DNA of 64,000 nucleotides from Glaucostegus cemiculus (Eukaryota): positions 2,418,001 through 2,482,000 of the forward strand of contig CDPCPM010000239.1 in NCBI GenBank assembly GCA_976551045.1. The letters run 5' to 3'. Of this stretch, positions 12,201 to 24,640 are shown piece by piece (positions within the stretch are counted from its first letter, which is position 1; the number at the start of each line of letters is the position of its first letter). The notes below the pieces were generated by a model that worked only from the letters and a program-made list of their open reading frames with translations, had not been told where the DNA came from and ran no database searches. A program made the position numbers and the translations under genes.

Positions 12201-14502
12201 TTACATTATGTGTAACACCAAAGGTCAGTCAAGCCAGATTTGTGAATAGTGAAAAGGTCAGATCTGAGGGTAGGTTTACAAGCCTATAGTGAGTGAGAGT
12301 GTGTATGAGTGTATGCATGGGAAGGCTAATTTGCACAACATACAGAAAATTCAGATTGCTGTGACAGACTACTGGTTGTTAACTCATGAATCAAATTTCA
12401 TTTGCACAGAGGACACTGTTGAGCAGATCAAAATGAAAGCATATTCTCATCAAACTGAGCTTTTATTTTGCTTGAAGTATAGATGAGCCAATACCTTGCT
12501 CAATGAGTCACCTTAATGAAATATCCCACAGCTTTCTGTTAAAAAAAAATTAGAAAATTGTCCTATTTGGAAATCACAAGGCTTTAGGGACGTATATTCT
12601 AATAAATTTTATGGTAGTAATCAAAATCCTGTTGGATTTTTGATGAGGATTATGTTTTCATTTACATTCTTATACATCGTTTTATTTTCTGTTTTAATTG
12701 AAATAGTGAGTAATAGTTTGGATGACCTGGTTGAAGTTTCATAATTTCTTTTTTTAAACAAAGTTAGCATAATTTTACCATTGTATAATTACCATGTTGT
12801 GACAGAGATGGTAAAGTGTCTCCCATGCCTGAAAATAACTTGTGACCAAAAGAATTGAGTCAAGCAAACATAGAAATGATGACAAATTTTGGTATACTTT
12901 ATTAATATCATTTATTTCTAAATCATTTTGTAATCATATGGCACTTTGGAAACATCAATGTACTAATATTGCTTAGAACTAAAGTGCTTTTGTCTTCTAT
13001 TGAAAAAGATACAAATAATGTGTATGAATGTTCAAAGTCTACTTGTACATATTTAAGCTCTTCTTTGCTTTCTCTATGTTTGCTTATGGTCATGTATGTT
13101 GGCCATCTTTTGTGTCCTGATTCTGTATTTAATGGTTAAACAAGATTGAACACTGCATCTATCAATCATTCCCAAATTAAGTATATCCTGAAATCAGGTT
13201 ACAGGTAAAGGAGGTGCCATGTTTGATAGCAGAGGGAGCTGTATAGTCACTGGCACTTAATGATTGATGCGAGCCTGTAAGTTTGCTTCCCAGACCTCCA
13301 ATGTGGAGGACTGGAAGCATGTGTTCATTGCGAACTGGTAGTGGGTTGTAGCCCATAGGTAAAGACCAAAAATCATATGCATATGCAATTAAAGGGTCTA
13401 ACCCTTCCATGAGGCCTCTACCAGAGTTGGTTTGCCCTAAGGCTATCAGTGCTGGCACTGGTTACACTTTGGGGAAACTAGTTTTTACATGCAGTGCATG
13501 GTGGTCAGAAAGGGACCACATTAGACCACAAATAATAGGTGGGAGGTTTCAAAATATACTTACTAAATATGGAACCAGTGAGAGTAGGATTGCTGCTCCT
13601 TATCCCATGTTTAGAGATATTGCCAGTCATTGCTTTCTCACTCCCTAGAGTTACTGCTACTCCCTGCCCCCCCAGATCACCTGCACTACTTCCTCCCCTA
13701 AAAACTACTTTCTTCCCACCCTTTCCTCCCCATTTCTTGTCTCTGTCCTTATTCTTCCACTCCAGTTATTTAATTATTTGCATGAAAGCTGCTACTGTTG
13801 ATGTGGTGGTATGATCATCAATCTCTCATTGAGGCCAAATATAAGTTGTGTCACAAATTCACCAATCAAACATAAGAAACTATCCCTGTGACCTCCCATC
13901 CCCTTCTCAAATTAAAGTAGTACATTCATGGTGAATATAGAGATATCTGAACTTCTAGGCTTCAGACCTAAGAGTTTGCGCACTATTCTTCCATGGATAC
14001 ATTGCAACAGTTTATATTGCACACCTACTAAATCTATAATTCAGGCACTGTCTGCACTGCAGTCATCCTCCTGGTCATTGCTTATTACACAAGGTAAAGC
14101 CTGATTTATTGCATTTTCTTTTCCTTGGACTCAAAGTTAAATATAGTATTGTTTTGGGAAAAAATAAACAGCTCATAAAGTGTTTTGCAGAGTCAGTTAC
14201 CGCACTAATATTGAAATGTTAAATTCTGTTTAGGGGTCTGCTGTGTGTTGCAAAAGGTAGATCCACAGTGGAATTTGCTGTTCAAGTGTGTTTTATGGGC
14301 TGTATATTTTCGGCAATATATGGAAAGCATTTTATTGAACTGATTGCGGTTTTACAAAACATTGAACAATAATCATTGTACTGTATGCAGGATTTGAAAA
14401 TGTGAATATGAGAAGAATATAATTTAAAAGGGACAGTGTCTGCCTCATAGGTTATTCATCTTGTTTGTTTGTATTTAAATAATGCAAAAAATCTGAAAAG
14501 TA

Positions 14503-14783
14503 CAGGCAACCCCCACATTACAGGGAGGTTTCGTTCTAAGAAAATGGCCTGTATACATGATTTTCCCTAGTGTCAAGCCGTGTCATCTGCACATGCGTCA
14601 AGAAACAAGAATTTGAAAAAAATAGTATTCTTTTTATTGATTTTATTTTTTTTCCCATAAAAATTCCATGGAGAATTACGTGAGAAACAAATCTTATTCT
14701 GTTTCTCAAATTTGCGTTGTGATTGTGAATTCTGTAAGAACGAATTTCAGTAACCCGAACAGCCGTAATGCAGGGGCTGCCTG
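14503..14783. mobile_element. Tc1/mariner (Tigger/pogo-like) MITE
   Basis: TA target duplication at 14501-14502 and 14784-14785. Imperfect TIRs: caggcaacccccacattacagg and caggcagcccctgcattacggc (reverse complement of the right end). Confidence 0.85.
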
Positions 14784-15496
14784 TACTCATAATTGTTGCA
14801 TTGGGATATTTTAAGTTGGCATGGCTAATGGAGAATTGAACACATTAATGTTTACTTTAACCTTTTGAACCTGATACTCAGTAACACGTCATTGCTTCTG
14901 ATTCTACAATGTTATCAATTGAAGAAAATGCAAAAGATTTTCATGTGTACAAGAATGCAGTGAAAACAATTGTTGTAAATGCCCTAATTGTACAAACTGA
15001 TTCTTCTGTCCCATTGTTTCAATTAAGTAATCTCTTGAATGTACAAGGAATGAATTGCTCCCCAAGGGAAAATTTCCCCTTTTTAATATGATCTTCCCAT
15101 TGAACAGCATGATTGTTAACTGGCTGATGCTGTACTATAATGTAATTTAGTTCAACTAAACATTGCACCCACTCCAGGCAGTTATTTTTTTTTAAATAAG
15201 ATGCATGTGGATCTGATGCAGCCTAATGCTAGCCTGTAGGGTATGCAACCATCATCAGATGAAGTGAGGTAAAATTGGATTGTGTGGCTCGACTATGCCA
15301 TGACATAATGTAACAAACTTAATGTGCATTCAAGAAAAAAATACTTTTTTTAAGAACTGTTTTGATCTCCATATTATGAAACCTAACTATGAACTTTGCG
15401 CTGTGCGCAGGTTTAGTTTTAATACCCTTGCCTACTAGAGTCTAGGTTATCATGGAAACCCACCTGCAAGTTCATGTAAAGTAGAAACAAGCTATG

Positions 15497-15502
15497 AATA
15501 AA
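15497..15502 (+). promoter_or_regulatory. Candidate distal polyadenylation signal of GRAMD1B
   Basis: AATAAA followed ~25 nt later by a U/GU-rich tract (tttaatacttttgtcacctttcttttttggg). Confidence 0.5.
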
Positions 15503-15569
15503 AAGTGTTGGAAAAGATCTTTAATACTTTTGTCACCTTTCTTTTTTGGGTGATGTTGAAGAATTACAT

Positions 15570-18500
15570 TTGATTATCAAAACCTTTTTCTCTGATCTAT
15601 TAAAGAAAATGTGTTGAAAATTTTCACAGCCACACACTTGGCCTATTTTCAGTCCTTCTGTTTACCTCAGATTCTTTTTCTGTGTATGTTAATGAAGAGG
15701 AGGGCTAAAGATGGTGGTGGTGGTTTACTGATTGTTAAAATATTGTTCTCCATCCTTTTTATATAAAAATGCCATCTAGGATATCATTTCCAGTAAATGT
15801 TCTTTCACTTTTTTGGATGTGTCACCTTGAAATTTAGCCTTGTAAGTAAAATGTTACTGATGTTTGTGGAAACCCTGTTTTTTTTTCCTGTACCAATCTA
15901 TGCCAAATTTAAAATGAATATTTATCTCTCTCTATTAAGGGATAAGCAGAAAAGAGGACAAGGATCTAAGGAATTTGAAAGATCCCAGCCAAAGCATTAA
16001 CTTGCTTATGGCTGTGAGGTAGGATAAGTTGCAGCCCATGGGTCCTCATTTCAGAAACCTGTATTTCCCCTCTTTATAGGTTCGCGAATCCATTCTGGTC
16101 TGTGACCTCCAGATTGTATTTTGCAGTGTGCAACCAGTGTTACATTGGAAGGTGAATCATACATTGCTTTATCAGAAGAGAGTTCAGAACATTGATAGTT
16201 GCACACCATCTAAAAAGTCAAAATCTAAATGCAGTTGAATCTGTCAACTTGAAGTTCCAGCCAAAGCTTGGGCATTGAATTCTGCAATATCTAACTCCTC
16301 TAACTGTCAGAACACAACGTTGACACAGTCCTGGGCATGAAGGAGAGCTTCTATTTCTTACCATTCTGCCTGATGCATTCTAATTCTGTTGTTAGTGCAC
16401 TGGCTAAGTTTTCTAAGTGCACATTGCAAAAAAACAAAATAGTCAAAGAAAATAATAATTTACTATCCAGGAAGTTAAAGTTGAGCCTAAAAGTCAACAG
16501 ATCAGTAAAACTTAAAAGTTCCCTCCATCCCTTTGTTCATCTGTATCCATCTTGTGAACATTCTTGCTGATGATGATATATCCCTACCCTTCAAATGTAC
16601 CAATCCAAAGTCTGTGTTCTGCTGTTTCAACTTCAATTTCAGTTTCTTTGACAGGTAGACTTAACCCCATGTGGATTGTTTCATAATTTAGTTTTTCTGG
16701 TGTTTTGATGATCTCAAAGGCTATCGCATTTTCTGAGCCACATTGCATGTCATTCTTTAGTGCAAGTTCACTGTGCACTTCCTCATGCAGTTGCCTCATA
16801 TGTAACCAATCACATTTGCACACATTCATGCTCGACGTGACATCCTATACAAGCCATCCTTGGGATTTCAGGTGACCTTAAAAAAAAATCAGACAGTATA
16901 TGAAAATTGTTCTCATCATATCCCAGTGTGAGTCCGGTGTCTCAGATAATGGCCTAACCATTAAATGAGAAATTCTGATTTCAAAGGGAAACCTAACTAA
17001 TATTTTGCAAAATTATTAGGTTTCATATGCTGGGATCATTTTGCTATTTCAATCCTGAAGCATTTCCTCTCAGTCAGCTTTACATGTTCCATTACCATTC
17101 TATCTCATCATTAACTCTGGAGAACTTAATGGTTCATTACAAAATTAAAGTTAGAAAATATAGTTTAAACTTTACTCCAGTTACTGGCATAATTTGTTTA
17201 AATTAAACAATCTCTTACTTCCAAGTATATTGTCATATATTGTTAATTCCAAAAGTAATTCTGCCATATCAATATTAAATGTATTTCTCCAAAAACTTAA
17301 TTCCTTTGATAGAAGTAACTGGTAGAACCACCTAGACTGTTTATCCACAGTTTCTCTCAGTGACAATCTGAACCTCACTTTAGACTTGAGATTAATTTTT
17401 CATTTTTGCGTGCTTAAAGTAGCAAAAAGTAATTTCCTTTGATGAATCACACTTTCAGAATTAAATGTTATGGAAAATAGTTGGTTTTATAGTTGTGACA
17501 GAAGGTAACACCCACATCACCTACTTGAGCACTCTGTCTCAGAAGATAACATGACCCTGAATTGATTATCATGCTGCTAACATTTTATGGTGTGATGTCA
17601 ACAGATATGTTTTTAAAAATTTATCACAGGTCCACAGCCTCCCACAATTACTTTAACATCTTCTCCCACCCTGCTTTCAGTTAGAACTCCATTGCATTCT
17701 ACCAGTTTCTCCAGCTCTGTTGTATCTCTTCCAATGATGACACTGTCTACGCATGTGCTTCTTTGATGTGTTCCTTTTTCCTTAACAATCACCTCTCCAC
17801 TATTGAGCACGTGTTTGTTCCATTTTCTACATTTATGCTTTCATTGCCCCTCCTCCCACCCAGCACAATGTCCTCACCATCCACTCCACCAGCTTCTATT
17901 ATCCTCTGTAATTTCTGTCACCATGCACAATATGCTACCAACAGACACATCATCCCCTTCCCACTCCTTTAGGTGTTTTGAAGGAGTCAAAACTTCCACA
18001 GTTCCCTTGTTCACATTTCCATCTTCACCCCCCGTGCCCCTTCTCTCAGCACCTTCCCAAACAACCACAGGAGGTGAAACACCTGCCCCTTTACCTCTTC
18101 CTGTCCCACCATTCTGCAGCTAGGTGGAGCTGATACACTTTTTCCAAGTTAGTGCAGTGATTGTGGTGCTCATGAGGTGTAGTGCAGTGTTTGATTTCTC
18201 TCCTCTACACTGGAGAAACAAATTGCAGATTGTTTATTGGGTAACACCCCCCCACCCCAAATTTGGTCCTCAAGGGTGACTGTGAATTTTCAGTTGCCCG
18301 CTACTTGAATTCTCCTTCTCAATCTTACTCTGACCACTCTCTCTTTGGCCTCTTACACTATTTAATCAAAGCTCAAGGAACAGCATCTCATCTTCTGATT
18401 GGATACATTATAACCCTCAGGATTCAACATTGAATTCAACAAGGTTAACTCTATTTTTTTTTCCACAGATGCTACCTGTCCTGCTTGGTACTTCCTGCAT

Positions 18501-19784
18501 TTTCAATTATTTCAGATGTCCAGCAAATGTGGATGCTCTGTAACTCATGGATACAACATGGTGTTTTAACCTCTCCACTATCCTCTATTCTCACAAGAGA
18601 GTAGCTGCAACTAACAACCTGTCTTCATCCTCTCTCAACTGGGCCACCAGTAATTGTATTATTCAGTTTCTTTTGTTCTCCACTATCACCGATATTCCCT
18701 TTGTTCTCTCCACCCCTCTCCTTTCCCCTCAACTTAAAACATGCCTGTTTTGTAACTTTTCCTAGTTCTCATGAAAAGTTATTGATCTGAAATGTTAATT
18801 CTATTTCACTATCCACAGATGCTGCCTGATTGACCAAAAGTTTCAAGCATTTTCTGTTACTATCTTAAAACTCAAGATTTCTTGTTTTGCCATAAACATT
18901 CACACAAGCCTGAAAAACAAATTTCAACCTGGCTACTTGGGAATCCAAATAGGTTAATTTGTAACTGTGATGAAATATGCACTGAAACTTGAAATTTCAT
19001 AATGCCCAATATATAAATTCACAACTGGCAATATCATGTTGCTTTAATATATATATATATATGTTTTAAGAATTAAAAGCATTTTCATAAGAAGGCAGAG
19101 CAAATTACCATCAGTCCTCAAAAAGTGCAGTGTCATGATCAGACAGAAAGAACCCAAGTCCATTTATTTCCTTCAAAATCTTTGGGATAGAAATCTGTCT
19201 TTGGCAACAACCACTAAATATATTCATGGGTATTGACTGCTGGTCGTACAATGTTTGGAGCTGAACTGTGTAACATTTAGGATTGGTGATGAAAGAAAAA
19301 TTTCTCCCTTCTGTACCTTCCAAGGCTTTATTATGCATTAACTCTCTAATTAGTACAATCTAATAACAAGCCACCTCTGGAGAGCTAGAATAGGACCATT
19401 TCTACCTCAAGTCGTTAAATTGAACAAAATGTTAAACTGCTTATTTCCTTGTGATTGTCTCAAGTCTAGAATTAAAGACCTTGACAAAACTTACAGTAAC
19501 CAAATCGTCACTGTGGCCACAGAACTGCTTATTCACAATTTAAGAGATTATTTATGCATAAGAATTGCAGGTTGACTTTAAACTAAAGGCAGTATTAGAA
19601 CAAATAAAATTAAACAGAAGAGCCTGTGTATTGCTCACAAAATAACAATTTATGTTATTTTTATCAGATATACACTGCTTGAAAGAACAATGGGAGCAGG
19701 TTTTTAAAGGAAGAAGGAATACGTGAATGGAAAATAACAGCAGGTCACCAATATGAAAAGATTCTTGTGAGCCTTGTTTCGTTG
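15570..19784 (-). pseudogene. Candidate decayed Toll-like receptor (LRR-TM-TIR) pseudogene interrupted by a Penelope element
   Basis: Collinear minus-strand fragments, by eye, with many stops and frameshifts: hydrophobic leader plus CSFKQCI; LRR-like FNILFNLTT, IPMNIFSG, LTYLD, KELSFWRN, LLELTIYDN, LEELDI; FQCNTGC; TM-like KLMLWLGSFKFLRSLSSFLLIP; TIR-like KIGQVCGCENFQHIFFNRSEKKVLII. Confidence 0.45.
17640..18865 (+). mobile_element. Penelope-like element fragment (RT end, GIY-YIG, terminal repeats)
   Basis: YTGET and EQHLIFxLDTL...FNIEFN remnants; two ccacagatgctg terminal repeats; degenerate hammerhead at ~18763-18800. Confidence 0.8.
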
Positions 19785-22095
19785 CTTTCAAAGAGACAGC
19801 AAAGGCAGGATCAACTGAATGGTCTCTTTAGAGCTGCGTTATTGTAATATCACTTGAAATAAAATTCCCCTTCAGGAAAATATGTCTTAGTATTTCCCTT
19901 GGTAAGAAATTTCTGGTCTTTGTTTAATAGTGACTAATGTTCAGTACTACATTTACTCAGCATTTGAAACTGGCTCATAGTTAATCTGGAAGAAAAAATC
20001 ACCATATCATGTGGATGACAATTACATATTGGAAATTCAGGAGAAATTTCTCAGAGAATGGATAGAAGGTGGAATTTGCAACAGCAGGTTATGACTGAAG
20101 ATGCTTTTATCAGGTAATCAAATGAGGATGAAAGGCAAAGAAGAGTATGCTGATAAAATTAGATGAAGAGGAATAGAAGTTCATGTGGGATGAAAAATAG
20201 TGTAAACCAGTTGAACCAAATGAACTGTGTCTGTCCTGTGCTTTCTCTGTATTAAGTGAGACTTTTCCTGTCTGTCATCATTTTCACTGCCCTATTACTA
20301 TATCATTGCTAGAAATGATTTTCCACAACAGATATGATGCCACGCTTGTTGAAATTAAGAACAATTCATAGCAACTTAACAGAATCACTCTTTGATTTGC
20401 ATTGTAGGACAGGTTGCACGTCACCAATAATAGATGGTATCAGTAACTGGATCCACAGCACCAATAGTAAGTGAACTTAATTTGATTTTATATGTGATTT
20501 TGCTGCAGAGCAGATGTTTGATCACTGGTGGTGTGGCAGTAGAGGGCATAAAAGAGTATATTGGTCAGCACAGTGCCTGACCACCAGATACATCTGGAGA
20601 AAGAATTCTGCATTATCTCACTGCCTGTACAGTGAAAGCACCCTGGATTTAGTCTGTGTATAAACCCCAATTAAGGCCTTTTCCATATCCATTAAAAGAT
20701 TATTAATACTGATTGGCATTGGAAATATTTCTCTTTTTCAGACACAGATGGATCTGCTATGTTTTCCCAGCATTTGTTATTTTAATTTTGATGCCCTAGT
20801 ATTTATAGAAGTCATCTATTGGAATGATCTGGCTTTTTCTAAAATAAAGCCTTCATTACCTCTGATACTAGATTAAAATCTGCATTTAGAGACCACCTGC
20901 ATAGAGATATAACAGATGATACTAAAATCTTCATGGAGGATTTTAATTTAGATGAGAGGATATTCCATGGCATTGCACACAGGAAATCATGACACAGTGA
21001 TAATGGGGAATAATGGAACCAATCTGTTAACATACAATTCAATATCTACTTTGGAGTATCCATTGTCTTTTTTACATAGTTCATTATTGATTTGTTTGTC
21101 CACATTATGGATGCAAACTGCTATGCAAATCTGTCAAAGTGCTGGCAAATTTTCCCACGAGTAGTAATGCAACAATGCCTATAGTGGTGAAGTGTATGGT
21201 TATGTGGGAAGAATCTACACAGTTCATGCAAGTGCAACCTTCGTAATATTACCAAGAATAAACTAAATTATTTCTGATTTAATTGAACTGATGAGGGTCT
21301 AAGTCCAAGCAACAGTATTTATTTCAAACAAAAGTAGATAATAGGGTCTGTAGAAGCATGAGCATTCAGAGCAATGGAAATGTATGAACCTGAGCTGGCA
21401 TTTTATATATTAAAAAAAGTTCTGCTGATTTTCAACATTTACTCTGGGTCATATGAAAATGTATTATTAGAATTTTATTGAACTGCAAGATTCAAATAGA
21501 ATCAAATGAGTAATTTTGGCATCTGATATGATATAAATACTACTAATAATTATACAGGTCATTATGCAGCAGTAAATCTTCTAGCAGTTTATGATAGGAT
21601 GAGCCACCTGGCCAGTGCTGTAAATTGGTGATTCTGTGATTTACCTTTGACTAGGCACCGAACATATGAGCTAAAAGGGCCATGTTAATGTGAGATGTTG
21701 GATATAATTAGTAAACAAATTTAAACAACCATTCTAACCACTTGCTCCCTCTCATACTTGTGGCAACAGTCTGCATTGTCCCTGACTTTTCACATGGATT
21801 GGCTCAAAAGAATTTGCTTCATTGTATTTGTGGTGGCCTAATAAAAACGCTCCCATAGTTCAAGTCTTACTTAATATTTATATTTCCTCATACCAAACAG
21901 TCTCTCAGTCAAGAGCATCATTATGCCTAAATATTTATGTTATGTCTTTGTCTTGAGATAAAACTCAAGATTCCATTAATTTTTGTTTAACATCATGTTT
22001 AATCTTGTGTGTGATTTTTGATGTTCTATAACATTGTATTTTCCTGAATTCCTCTGCCTTCCATTAGCACTGGGCCTACAACAACAACTTGGCAA

Positions 22096-22350
22096 TCATA
22101 GAACAGTACAGCACAGAAACAGGTCCTTTGGCCCATGATGATGTGCTGAACTAATTAAACTAATGACCCCTAATTAAGCTAATCCCATTTGCCTGCACAT
22201 AGTCTGTATCCCTTATCTAAGAGCCTCTTAAATGCCTCTATCGTATCTGCCTCCACCACCATTCCATCAGTGCATTGCAGGCACCCACCACTCTCTGCAA
22301 AAATAACTTGCCCCACATATCTTCTTTGAACTTGCCCCCTCTCACCTTAA
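22096..22350 (-). mobile_element. CR1 3' end
   Basis: catagaacagtacagcacagaaacaggtcctttggccc is a reversed CR1 terminus. Confidence 0.8.
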
Positions 22351-22599
22351 GTGTATGTCCTCATATAGCCTGAAACAGCAAAACATGCCAAAGCACTCCA
22401 CAGTAGTGTTTCCAGCATTTTCTGGTTTTATTTCAGATTTCCAGCATCCGTTTGTTTTTGATTTTCATTCTCTGACTTTAGAGCTTTTGTCAGTGGAAGG
22501 CACAACAGACAATGTTGGACCAGTTACACTTGAGAATAATCAAATGCCAGAACTCTAGGAGCACAGATAATTCAGAAGGTCATGGGTATGCAGAAGAGC

Positions 22600-23704
22600 T
22601 TGGAAGTTGATTGATCTGATTGAGTTTCTTGAGGAAGTAACTAAGAAAATTGATGAAGGAAGAGTAATAGATGTGGTTTACATGGAGTTTATTAAGGCTT
22701 TTGACAAGGTCCCGTGAGGCAGGCTGATCCATAAGGTTAAGGTACAAGGGATCTGAGGCATGTTGACAAACTGGATCCGAAATTGGTTCAGCGATAGGAG
22801 GCAGAGGGTAATGGTGGATGGGAAAGTAGGTGGTCTGACTATTAAGTTTGCAGATGACATAAAAAATTGGTGGATTCACAGACAGTGAAGAAGGTTGTCT
22901 AAGGATACAGTGGGACATAGATCATCTGAAGAGTTGGGCAGAGTGGTGGCAGATGGAATTTAATCCAGACAAGTGTGAGGTAAAGCACTTTGGGAAATTG
23001 TATTCTGGTAGGACATGTAGGGTAAAGAGCAGGGAGTACACAGATACCTTGTTATGCAAGTCCATAGCTCCCTAAAAGTGATGACAGGGGTGAATAGGGT
23101 AGTGAAGAAGGCATTAAGTATGCCTGCCCTCAAAGGCTGAGACATTGAATAGAAAAATTGGGATATCATTTTGCGGCTATACAAAACATTGTCTAGACTG
23201 TACTTGGGGCATTGTGCAGAGTTTTGGTCGCCACACTACAGGAGGGATGCAGTAACAATAGAGTACAGGATGTGGCCTGGAAAGAAGGCTTTACATATAA
23301 GGGGAGAATGGATAGGCTGGGTTATTCTCACTGGAATGTGGGAGGCTGAGGGATGACCTTTATAGATGTTTATGAAATTAAAAAGGACAAAGATAAGGTA
23401 GAAAGTTAGTCTTCCTAGAGCGGGAAAGTCTAAAACTGGAGGGCACAGATTCAAGGTGAGAGGGGGAAGATTTAAAGGAGATCTGAGGGGCAAGATATTT
23501 TTTTACTCAGAGTGTTGGTTATATGGAACAAGCTGCCAGAGGAAGTGGTAGAGGCAGAAACAATTATGTTTAAAAGGCATTTGGACAGGAAAGTAGAGGG
23601 ATACGGGTCTAATGTAGGCAAATAGGATTAATTGGGATAAACATCACGGTTGGCATGGACGAGGTGAACAGATAGGGCTCATTTCTGTGTTGTATGATTC
23701 TATG
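22600..23704 (+). mobile_element. CR1 LINE, RT to 3' end
   Basis: LIEFLEEVTKKIDEGRVIDVVYMEFIKAFDKVP, KFADD and RLYKTLSRLYLGHCAEFWSPHY motifs; ends in tgtatgattctatg. Confidence 0.92.
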
Positions 23705-24301
23705 GGCATGAAGGGATATGAAAACAAGGCTAGAATCTGGTGCTGCTTACCGCAGATGGAGATCAGCAAACATGGGCTTTATGAAATTCAGTACATGCTT
23801 GGGCAGAGCTTTGGACCACGTCAAGCTTAAGACAAATAAATTAGGGAGGTTCTCTGCAAGTGGGAAAGGTAAGAATGTTTCAACAGTGACTGAGTTGGGA
23901 AAGAAGATAGTGTTGGTTTTAGTGAAAGCACAGCTATGTGGTCCACAGCCAAAGGTGGCGTTAATGTACGATACAAAGTTGTGAATTGTTCAGTTAAGTT
24001 TCAGATAGGTGCTAAGGAGAACGACGGTATCCAGGGAAAGAAACTTATGATAGAGACTATAGCATTCCTGTGCTGTTTTTATTCTCCAGAATGGTGAAAG
24101 TTCATAATGAAAGATCTTGAAACTTGCAATGGTGGAATGGTCATGTAGTCCCTCAGTGGGACAAACCAAGTGTTGCAGGCATACCTGTTTTAAATGCTTC
24201 TAAGGAAATTCTCACCTTTTCAAGTCTATTCATGTAATAATTATTCCTCATCCTGAAACTATTCTTGTAGCTGTATCTAAAGTCATTGGGGTTTCTGAAT
24301 T

Positions 24302-24640
24302 GGAAGGTTGTGGTTGACGCATTCCTGAGACTTCAGCACAATGCAGTGCCGAGAGCATTACTCTGTTGGAGGGATTGGATTTTTGACCTGGCCTTATCTG
24401 CTTTCTCAGGAAGCTATAAAAGAGCTGGCAATAATGTTTTGAAGAGAAGGAAAGGGTGAGGTTAACATTTATTCCTTGTTCTGCATCACAAGAACCCGTA
24501 TCCTGGTTACTGTTCCATTGCTGATGGGAGGAGCTTATTACATTACAATGTTGGCTACACTTAAAAAGAATTTTAGCTAGCTATACTTTGGACTGATCTG
24601 AAAGAGGTATAGAAGTCACTATATAATACAAATCTTCATA
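24302..24640 (+). mobile_element. Degenerate Deu-domain SINE (SacSINE1-like)
   Basis: By-eye similarity to the Deu domain (ctctgttggagg...ctctcagg...taaaaga...tttgaagag...cattgctg...acattacaa...ctacactt). Confidence 0.5.

Larger units (their letters stand above)
9112..15520 (+). other. GRAMD1B: Putative long GRAMD1B 3'UTR
   Basis: TE-poor, U-rich stretch after the stop, ending at an AATAAA with downstream U/GU-rich sequence. Earlier AATAAA hexamers also occur, so the end is uncertain. Confidence 0.55.
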
